The notes beneath the pieces are model-generated. The model was not told where the DNA came from. It was given only the letters and a program-made list of their open reading frames with translations, and ran no database searches. Below, one piece after another: positions 46,795-64,000 of a stretch of DNA of 64,000 bases; position 1 is the stretch's first letter; every line of letters begins with the position of its first letter. This DNA comes from Macrostomum lignano (lineage: Eukaryota): NCBI GenBank assembly GCA_002269645.1, contig NIVC01003790.1, positions 12,599-76,598 on the forward strand, written 5' to 3'. The position numbers and the translations under genes are program-made.

Positions 46795-47510
46795 GAGAAT
46801 AGCGGTATCCCAGCAACTGAGGATCTGGGAGAATAGCGCTATCCCAGCAACTGAGGATCTGGGAGAATAGCGGTATCCCAGCAACTGAGGATCTGGGAGA
46901 ATAGCGGTATCCCAGCAACTGAGGATCTGGGAGAATAGCGGTATCCCAGCAACTGAGGATCTGGGAGAATAGCGGTATCCCAGCAACTGAGGATCTGGGA
47001 GAATAGCGGTATCCCAGCAACTGAGGATCTGGGAGAATAGCGCTATCCCAGCAACTGAGGATCTGGGAGAATAGCGCTATCCCAGCAACTGAGGATCTGG
47101 GAGAATAGCGGTATCCCAGCAACTGAGGATCTGGGAGAATAGCGGTATCCCAGCAACTGAGGATCTGGGAGAATAGCGGTATCCCAGCAACTGAGGATCT
47201 GGGAGAATAGCGGTATCCCAGCAACTGAGGATCTGGGAGAATAGCGGTATCCCAGCAACTGAGGATCTGGGAGAATAGCGGTATCCCAGCAACTGAGGAT
47301 CTGGGAGAATAGCGCTATCCCAGCAACTGAGGATCTGGGAGAATAGCGGTATCCCAGCAACTGAGGATCTGGGAGAATAGCGGTATCCCAGCAACTGAGG
47401 ATCTGGGAGAATAGCGGTATCCCAGCAACTGAGGATCTGGGAGAATAGCGGTATCCCAGCAACTGAGGATCTGGGAGAATAGCGGTATCCCAGCAACTGA
47501 GGATCTGGGA
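46795..47510. repeat. 34-bp minisatellite (gcggtatcccagcaactgaggatctgggagaata)
   Basis: About 21 contiguous copies with a tcccag/ctggga hairpin and no spacers. Confidence 0.95.
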
Positions 47511-48129
47511 GGGTGGCGGTGGGTGGCCATTCTTTGATGCCTTTTTTCAATCTAATCTTGCTAAAGTGAAATTTTATAACCAGTTAATTACCTGGAATTT
47601 TATAATTACAGTTGGAATCTGTGTTGCTGTCGGACTCATCCAGCCTAGTTATCTAGATGGATCAAGGATTTCTCTTGCCCAGCCCCTCTGCCCAATCCCC
47701 GTCAATTTTTTTTCCATTAATCTCTCAGTTTCTAGAATAAAATCTTAAGAAGTCCGCAGAAATGAATCCGCTGGACACACACAGAGGGGTCTCACGCACG
47801 CTGTCCTCACCTTTTAGCTTAATTCCTGGCTAATCTCCGGCCTTTGCGGACCCGCTATTTCTGGGGGGGGGGGCTGTCCTCGTAGCCTTTGACTTTTAAT
47901 TAACTCCCGGGCTCATCAACGAGTCAGTTTTGGGATGAAGGATTAAACAGATATTAATTTGCCGAATGTCTTAATTATTCAGTATTTTCCAACTTTAATC
48001 TGCTTTGTTTACAGATCAACTTGTTTTGGCTTAGTTGTATTCTTTTAGGTCCCACTTATTGACTAGATATGTATATGCCATTTTTCATTTTCAATCTTTT
48101 ATTAGTTGGTGCCATTCTGAATGAGGTAG

Positions 48130-49550
48130 TACCATTTTGTATCTTAGATAAGGAAGAGCCATTTTGTATCTTAGATAAGGAAGAGCCATTTTGTATCTTA
48201 GATAAGGAAGAGCCATTTTGTATCTTGGATAAGGAAGTGCCATTTTGTATCTTAGATAAGGAAGTGCCATTTTGTATCTTGGATAAGGAAGTGCCATTTT
48301 GTATCTTAGATAAGGAAGAGCCATTTTGTATCTTAGATAAGGAAGAGCCATTTTGTATCTTAGATAAGGAAGTGCCATTTTGTATCTTAGATAAGGAAGA
48401 GCCATTTTGTATCTTAGATAAGGAAGAGCCATTTTGTATCTTAGATAAGGGAAGTGCCATTCTGTATCTTAGATAAGGAAGTGCCATTCTGTATCTTAGA
48501 TAAGGAAGTGCCATTTTGTATCTTAGATAAGGAAGTGCCATTCTGTATCTTAGATAAGGAAGAGCCATTTTGTATCTTGGATAACGAGGTGCCATTCTGT
48601 ATCTTGGATAATGAAGTGCCATTTTGTATCTTGGATAATGAAGCGCCATTTTGTATCTTAGATAAGGAAGTGCCATTCTGTATCTTAGATAAGGAAGTAC
48701 CATTCTGTATCTTAGATAAGGAAGTACGATTCTGTATCTTAGATAAGGAAGAGCCATTTTGTATCTTGGATAAGGAAGTGCCATTCTGTATCTTAGATAA
48801 GGAAGTGTCATTTTGTAGCTTAGATAAGGAAGTGTCATTTTGTATCTTAGATAAGGAAGAGCCATTTTGTATCTTAGATAAGGAAGTGTCATTTTGTATC
48901 TTGGATAAGGAAGTGCCATTTTGTATCTTAGATAAGGAAGAGCCATTTTGTATCTTAGATAAGGAAGAGCCATTTTGTATCTTGGATAAGGAAGAGCCAT
49001 TTTGTATCTTAGATAAGGAAGAGCCATTTTGTATCTTAGATAAGGAAGAGCCATTTTGTATCTTAGATAAGGAAGAGCCATTTTGTATCTTAGATAAGGA
49101 AGAGCCATTTTGTATCTTGGATAAGGAAGAGCCATTTTGTATCTTGGATAAGGAAGAGCCATTTTGTATCTTAGATAAGGAAGAGCCATTTTGTATCTTA
49201 GATAAGGAAGAGCCATTTTGTATCTTAGATAAGGAAGAGCCATTTTGTATCTTAGATAAGGAAGAGCCATTTTGTATCTTAGATAAGGAAGAGCCATTTT
49301 GTATCTTAGATAAGGAAGAGCCATTTTGTATCTTAGATAAGGAAGAGCCATTTTGTATCTTAGATAAGGAAGAGCCATTTTGTATCTTAGATAAGGAAGA
49401 GCCATTTTGTATCTTGGATAAGGAAGAGCCATTTTGTATCTTAGATAAGGAAGAGCCATTTTGTATATTGGATAAGGAAGTGCCATTTTGTATCTTGGAT
49501 AAGGAAGTGCCATTTTGTATCTTGGATAAGGAAGTGCCATTTTGTAGCTT
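48130..49550. repeat. 27-bp minisatellite (gccattttgtatcttagataaggaaga)
   Basis: About 52 copies ending ~90 bp before the CCDC78-like ATG. Confidence 0.95.
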
Positions 49551-49639
49551 GGATTAGCAACATAAGCTGGATTTCGCAGAGGTAGCCAGTCCGCACACCG
49601 AAGCCCCCTGCACATGCAGCTCAGCCACCAGACGAGGCG

Positions 49640-57604
<7,965 letters not shown>

Positions 57605-58136
57605 CTCAGCTGATGGGACATTGAGTACTAATCCAATACTATATAGCTCTATAATCAGCCTAAATCATTAATATTTCCGTCTCGTAACTTATTGTTTTGC
57701 TTATTACTTAAAGTAGTTCTGCTCCACTCCGCTGCAATTTCGCTGTTTTTCGTTTTAAGTTTAGCACTGGAATTAATTTTTTTTATTTTTTTGTCTTTGT
57801 TGTCGTACATACTCGCGGTACGCTCGTAGAAACTACTAATAGTAGTCTTCCTAGACCAGAGTCAATTTTGCGCTACAGTACAGTGACAGATTTCAAACCG
57901 GGAAGGATGGAAGCTTCTAGGATTTAATTTATTTCTGCTATATTTTGCCTTGGTTAGTCTTCCAGTTCCAATTAAATGGTTTATGTAGAGTGCGCCCATT
58001 ATATTTGTAGCTGAGCCTTGACCTCAAAATAAAATAACAATGTCTACGTAAAGCTTATTGGACAAATCTTAAACATTGATGCCCAGGCCACAGAGTCACG
58101 GAGATGTCACTCAATTTATTTATGGAAGTCATTAAA

Positions 58137-59377
58137 TCAGCTGTCCGGGTTGAACTCCACATAGAAGTCTTCGGTAGAACACAGCTGCGGCCTGCCGCGG
58201 TCGCAGGCACGCAGCAGCAGGTGGAACATCGCGTAGGAGCTGTCATTGCGTGGCGCCTTCTGGACGAAGAGCTCGCTTGAGGTGCGATCAACTCCGAAAA
58301 AGTTCTGCAGCTCCGACTCGTTCGCCAGCTCGTAGTCAACCATCCCGTTGTCGCCTTCGTCGAGATCCACCGCCATCATCCTGCCGATGATCTGGCCGGG
58401 CTGCGGGGCTGCGACCTGCCATTAGTGTAATAAAATATATTGAAATATTCGCACGAGACGACCCGCTCTGCGATATCGTAACACAACCAGCGCTGACTAC
58501 TGAGTACATGCAAACACGCACTCACACACACGCTCACACAGGGTGTACAGCCCTGACTGTCAAATCGTCAGACATGTACACTCTGTGCCTTGGGGGCTGG
58601 CCCTCATGGCTGTGAATCGCACGAAAGCCCCAGATGAATGTGTTTGCGCACGGAATCGAACCAGGGATCGCGGTGCGAGAGTCGGACGCGTTCACCGCTG
58701 ACCTGCTCTGCCCCCCCCCGGCGACCTGCAAGGTTTAAAGGAAAGCGGTCTAACTGCGAACGTGTGTCCCCACAGGTGAGGTCCCCGGCCCAGCGGATAA
58801 GAACTCAGGTACAACAGGTAAGAACTCAGAAAGCGGTCCTTGACCATCGCGAGTGTTCCAGTCTCATTTTTGGACACGGTGTCGTACGATTTACATGTAG
58901 CACCGCGACCAGATTCGAACCTGAAGCATCCTGGGAGACTCGGGCTTGGCCAGAAACTCCGGTCTGTTGTCATTTTCATCCTCGACGTGGACTGACACTG
59001 TGCAGGCGGCCGTCAGAGCTGCGCTGGGCCGCCGGTTCTCCACCAGCACGCAGAATCGGTAGACCGCCTGTCGCTCGCGTCCAGCCTCACTAACGTCGTA
59101 ATTCTGCCGGTGCTCTGGTCGAGCATGAATTTCTTCTCAAGTCGACGTGGCCGCGGCCGCAGCCGTTAAGATAGGCGAGATTGCCGCCGTCAGGACGAAC
59201 TCCTTGGATGACGCCAACAAGTCTGCCAGGTGGTGCGTTCTCTCGCACTTGCATCCGGTACACTGGCTGCCCGCAGGACGGCCAATCCTGACCCACCGTT
59301 GTTGCCGACGACACGTCGATGATGAACAGCTGCAGCAGGACGACAAGAGACAAGCGACAACCGGCAGCTTCCATCAT
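58137..59377 (-). CDS. Signal peptide + two cadherin repeats (frameshifted as assembled); exons 59377-58921 and 58415-58137
   Basis: MQVRENAPPGRLVG, FMLDQSTGRITT, VEDENDNRPEF, AVDLDEGDNGMVDY, ACDRGRP. Two 1-nt deletions (~59140-59170 and ~59079) are needed to keep frame. Stop at 58137 with no TM segment. Confidence 0.65.
58420..58720 (-). mobile_element. tRNA-derived SINE (family A) with 9-bp TSD
   Basis: TSD gcgacctgc at 58411-58419 and 58721-58729; B box cctggttcgattcc; AT-rich tail. Confidence 0.8.
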
Positions 59378-59954
59378 TGGTGCGGTGAAGCCAAACAGTT
59401 CAAGGCTATGGACACTGGGCTTTAAGTATGGCTTGCTGCTTTTTGATGAAAAATTTCAGCTCGATTTTATACGCTGTGAGCAGTTTGTCTGTTGCTGGGC
59501 AATTACTGGGCCGCGCGCACTTATTCAACTTCCGCTTTTGTCCATAATCGAAAAGATAATGACACCCATGTGATTGCTTTCCCATCATGAAAGATTCTAG
59601 CAAAACTGTGACAAAAATTACGACGGAAGCTGCCTAATCAAGGAGATCGTAGAAAAACAAAAACATCTGGAGTGAAAACTGAAAACCTAAAGCACTAATT
59701 TAAAATGCTATAAAATAGCCAAAAATTATATCCTTAGCTACATTTTAGGCGATAAAGAATGAAGGTTACTAAAAGCAATTTTTTGTAGTTGTGACTGGTC
59801 TATCATAAAAACTTGGTTTATTTTTAACATTGATGAATGGATTCAGTCCAACTGAAGTACGAGTTGAAGGACGCTCTACACTCGATTTTCTTAGAAATGA
59901 GCTTCTGGAGGCCGGTAAGAATTTATATTTGTCGTATCGCTAGTGCATTCAGTA

Positions 59955-60275
59955 GGGGTTGCAGCCTAGTGGTTGGAGCGCCAGACGATCACCATTGAAA
60001 GGTCGGGGGTTCGATTCTCAACCTACTCGGAACAATTTGTGTCCTTGAACAAGACACTCAACTCTGCATTGCTTCAGTTCACCCAGCTGTAAAATGGGTG
60101 CCAGCATTAGCTGGGGTAATTGAGGGTGTGTGGCGACCCCCCAGTCCTTGGACTGAACAGCCGTACGCAGCCTTCAGATGCACCGCGCAATAGCTGCGGC
60201 TGAGCTGTCGGTTGCACATCTGGCCATTAGGGCAGGTGTAATCAATTATTATTATTATTATTATTAATAAGTAGT
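59955..60275 (+). mobile_element. CORE-like SINE (family B), full length
   Basis: A box gcagcctagtgg, B box ggttcgattc, CORE-like tgtgtccttgaacaagacact..cagttcacccagctgtaaaatgggt, and (att)n/(agt)n tail. Confidence 0.85.
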
Positions 60276-60383
60276 AGTAGTATTATTATTGTGTTTCACG
60301 AGTTGCGAGCGTCCTTCTACTTCGACTGTCCGTATACACTGACGTTTCAGTCATCTCCTATTTCTAACTGTCGCTCAGACCGT

Positions 60384-62918
60384 TCAAGATCCCGCTCGGA
60401 ACAGCACCAGCCAGTAGGCCATGTTCACCGCCACGAACGAGACAGGGAACAGGCACCTGGCGGCGCGGTCGATCTTCGACTCCGAGTTCGGTCCCGAGAC
60501 ACTCTCGGAGCTCGGCCAGCCGCCGCCGCCGCCGCCGCCGCCGCCGCTTCTGATTGGCGCGTATCTCCGGTCGCCGCGCAGACAGTCAGCGAACATCCGC
60601 AGGCAGGAGTTACCGTCGCCATGGACACCGCCCGGCCGCCGTTGGCTGGGGTGGCATCGTCGATTCGTCGAGGAATCTCAACGTTGCCAGCCTTAGTGAA
60701 GTAGTTGACGCCCGCGTATTCCAGCAGGGCGGAGAACACGAAGAAGAAGCAGATGAGCAGGAAAATGTCCATGGCGGTGGCGTAGGGCACTTTTGGAAGG
60801 CCCATGCGGCCTGTGAGAGTGATTGTCACGCTGGTGAGCAGGGCTGTGATGCCTGTCAGTGAGTTCGTGAGTGAGTACATGAGTGAGTTTATGAGTGAGT
60901 TCATGACTGAGTTTATGACTGAGTTCATGAGTGAGTTTATGAGTGAGTTCATGAGTGAGTTTATGACTGAGTTCATGAGTGAGTTTATGAGTGAGTTCAT
61001 GAGTGAGTTCATGACTGAGTTTATGACTGAGTTCATGACTGAGTTTATGACTGAGTTCATGAGTGAGTTTTAAGTGACTTCATGAGTGACTTCATGAGTG
61101 AGTTCATGAGTGACTTCATGAGGGAGTTCATGAGGGAGTTCATGAGTGACTTCATGAGTGAGCCCATGAGTGAGTTCATGAGTGAGTTCATGACTGAGTT
61201 TATGACTGAGTTCATGACTGAGTTTATGACTGAGTTCATGACTGAGTTCATGACTGAGTTTATGACTGAGTTTATGAGTGATTTTATGACTGAGTTTTTG
61301 AGTGAGTTTATGAGTGAGTTGATGACTGAGTTTATGACTGAGTTTATGAGTGAGTTTATGAGTGAGTTTATGAGTGAGTTTATGACTGAGTTTATGAGTG
61401 AGTTGATGATTGAGTTTATGACTGAGTTTATGACTGAGTTCATGACTGAGTTTATAAGACAGTTCATCACTGAGTTCATGATGGAGTCTCACCCAGAGTG
61501 ACCCTGGCAGGCGTGGCCTCCCTGTTAATCCAGAAGCTAACCCAGGACATGGCGACCGTCATGTACGACGGCAGGTATATCTGCAGCACATAGAAGCCGA
61601 TCATGCGCTCCAGCGGGATGGTCATGCTGAGCATGTTGCGCACCTCTAGAAAGCAGAAGATCTATAATTATTTTTAGCAGAGAAAAACATTAAAAAAGGC
61701 TAAGCAGATAGACATCTTACCTTTTCCAACCAAGGCCTCGGAGTGGGAGAACTGCACCAGATCCGGCCTGAATAAGAACTGGGCCATTGCGGTCACTTCG
61801 AACCCCAGATTTTTATTACTGGAGTTCACTATGGTTGGCGGGATGCCGTATAGGTGAGAACTCAGCCTGGCCTCCTCCCACCAGAGGTAGACCAGGTTTC
61901 TTGAGTCGTAGGCGACTGTAAAGTAGTGAGATTGTGAGATTGGCCATCATGTAGTGTGAATAGCCGTGAGAGCAGTGTGTGAACACCCATGAGAACAGTG
62001 TGTGAATACCAATGAGAACAGTGCGTGAACACCCGTGAAAAAAGTGCGTGAACACCCATGAGAACAGTGTGTGAATACCAATGAGAAAAGTGCGTGAACA
62101 CCCATGAAAACAGTGTGTGAATACCCGTGAGAACAGTGCGTGAACACCCATGAAAACAGTGTGTGAATACCCGTGAAAAAAGTGCGTGAACACCCATGAA
62201 AACAGTGTGTGAATACCCGTGAAAAAAGTGCGTGAACACCCATGAAAACAGTGTGTGAATACCCGTGAAAAAAGTGCGTGAACACCCATGAAAACAGTGT
62301 GTGAATACCCGTGAAAAAAGTGCGTGAACACCCATGAAAACAGTGTGTGAATACCCGTGAGAAAAGTGCGTGAACACCCATGAAAACAGTGTGTGAATAC
62401 CAATGAGAACAGTGCGTGAACACCCATGAAAAAAGTGTGTGAATACCCGTGAGAAAAGTGCGTGAACACCCATGAAAACAGTGTGTGAAGACCCATCACA
62501 ATCTGAATGTCCTCAACCGCAACAGCTGCAACCTCACAGCTGCCAATCATGAGCAGGCAGGTCTGACTGTCCACCGGAAATCTTCGGAAGTCCATGTGAC
62601 AGAGCGCCTTCACAGTCAGTCTGAAATGAAAAGCAGCAATCCATAGACTCACAGAACACGTTGCCAGGATATTCAATAACAAACGAACCTCATCGAGAAG
62701 AACACGGTGCCGTCTGCTTGGATTCTCAGCAGCTTATTAGGCACGGTGATCTCGTGCAGTCTGGAGCCCTTGCCGTTGACAAAGTAGGTGTCGGGCCGCC
62801 AGATCCGGCGCAGGATGCTCACGCTCACCTTGATCTCCTTTTGGCGAGCGTCGGCCGGGTCGAAACGGAGGCGCTTGTCGATCCAGCACTGGCGAAAGTA
62901 GATCTCCATGGCGTACAT
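60384..62918 (-). CDS. Cys-loop anion channel subunit (GABA-A alpha/GRD-like), 5'-partial; exons 62918-62689, 62620-62538, 61915-61721, 61645-61493, 60852-60384
   Basis: [18 protein letters not shown], Cys loop [16 protein letters not shown]1 [20 protein letters not shown]2 [25 protein letters not shown]4 [17 protein letters not shown]. One -1 frameshift in the M3-M4 loop. Confidence 0.92.
60858..61470. repeat. 12-bp minisatellite (gagtttatgact / gagttcatgagt), intronic
   Basis: Directly visible; merges into the acceptor actgacag. Confidence 0.95.
61950..62490. repeat. 23/46-bp minisatellite (gaacacccatgaaaacagtgtgtgaatacccgtgaaaaaagtgcgt), intronic
   Basis: Directly visible dimeric unit. 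Confidence 0.95.
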
Positions 62919-62984
62919 CTGGGCGGGCGCAGGTCAGGGACTTTCAGGATTTGTTGTCCCTGATACCTGATTAGTAGTCCGTGA

Positions 62985-63985
62985 TCTCATCTTCAATATC
63001 ACCTTTGATCTCATCCTCAATCTCACCTTTGATCTCATCTCAATCTCAGCTTTGATCTTATCGTCAATCTCACCTTTGATCTCATCTTTAATCTCACCTT
63101 TGATCTCATCCTCAATCTCAGCTTGATCTCATCGTCAATCTCACCTTTGATCTCATCCTCAATCTCACCTTTGATCTCATCCTCAATCTCACCTTTGATC
63201 TCATCGTCAATCTCACCTTTGATCTCATCCTCAATCTCAGCTTTGATCGCATCCTCAATCTCACCTTTGATCTCATCTTAATCTCACCTTTGATCTTATC
63301 GTCAATCTCACCTTGATCTCATCCTTAATCTCACCTTTGATCTCATCCTCAATCTCACCTTTGATCTCATCCTCAATCTCACCTTTGATCTCATCCTCAA
63401 TCTCACCTTTGATCTCATCCTCAATCTCAGCTTTGATCGCATCCTCAATCTCACCTTTGATCTCATCCTCAATCTCACCTTTGATCTCATCCTCAATCTC
63501 ACCTTTGATCTCATCCTCAATCTCACCTTTGATCTCATCCTCAATCTCACCTTTGATCTCATCGTCAATCTCACCTTTGATCTCATCCTCAATCTCAGCT
63601 TTGATCGCATCCTCAATCTCACCTTTGATCTCATCCTCAATCTCACCTTTGATGTTATCGTCAATCTCACCCTTGATCTCATCCTTAATCTCACCTTTGA
63701 TCTCATCCTCAATCTCACCTTTATCTCATCCTCAATCTCACCTTTGATCTCATCGTCAATCTCACCTTTGATCTCATCCTCAATCTCACCTTTGATCTCA
63801 TCATCAATCTCAGCCTTCGATCTCATCCTTAATCTCACCTTTGATCTTATCGTCAATCTCACCCTTGATCTCATCCTTAATCTCACCTTTGATCTCATCT
63901 TCAATCTCACCTTTGATCTCATCTTCAATCTCACCTTCGATCTCATCTTAATCTCAACCTTTAATCTCACCGTCAATCTCACCCA
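62985..63985. repeat. 24-bp minisatellite (ctcatcctcaatctcacctttgat), intronic
   Basis: About 40 copies. Confidence 0.95.
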
Positions 63986-64000
63986 GAGTTATATTGCAAT

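Noticed and set aside
46795-47510. Hairpin-containing 34-bp repeats as a CRISPR array
   Set aside because: No spacers; this is an ordinary minisatellite.
59955-60030. tRNA genes here and at ~11420-11495, ~22830, ~36460, ~44390 and ~58650-58720
   Set aside because: A/B boxes are present but there is no complete cloverleaf; each continues into a shared SINE body.
63975-64000. ctgg|gtgaga as the donor of the upstream channel exon (shares 13 bp with the real donor at 61493)
   Set aside because: Exon 62918 needs a phase-0 donor, and that frame has a TAA just upstream. The true exon is probably outside the window.

Overview
Eukaryotic (animal) genomic DNA with no prokaryotic features. The style (GC-rich exons, GT-AG introns filled with minisatellites, tRNA/CORE-SINEs) resembles the flatworm Macrostomum lignano; this is inference only. 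Host genes reconstructed by splice-phase matching: FAM193A-like (+, 12236-17624), a secreted C-type-lectin/PAN protein (-, 34355-35742), PKA type II regulatory subunit (+, 39777-41617), a kinesin-motor/CCDC78 (DUF4472) fusion (+, 49640-57604), a short two-cadherin-domain gene (-, 58137-59377), and the 3' part of an anion-selective Cys-loop (GABA-A/GRD-like) receptor subunit (-, 60384-62918). Mobile elements: a TTAA-flanked foldback element (684-2916), a head-to-tail Helitron dimer carrying two different satellites (3429-10011), SINEs of two families, and a complete young Gypsy LTR retrotransposon (23035-33871, 981-bp LTRs, ACTT TSD). Top observation: removing a nested LINE fragment (10-bp TSD) from the Gypsy element restores a 370-aa third ORF. 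It starts in frame 6 nt after the pol stop, is not env-like, and carries an Arg-rich N-terminus, a UHM-ligand-like RRRSRWD motif and a Rev-type NES-like motif. The LTR also carries an immediate-early-gene-like enhancer (3x AP-1, 2x CArG with Ets core, MEF2). Most long ORFs in the supplied track are artefacts of tandem repeats.
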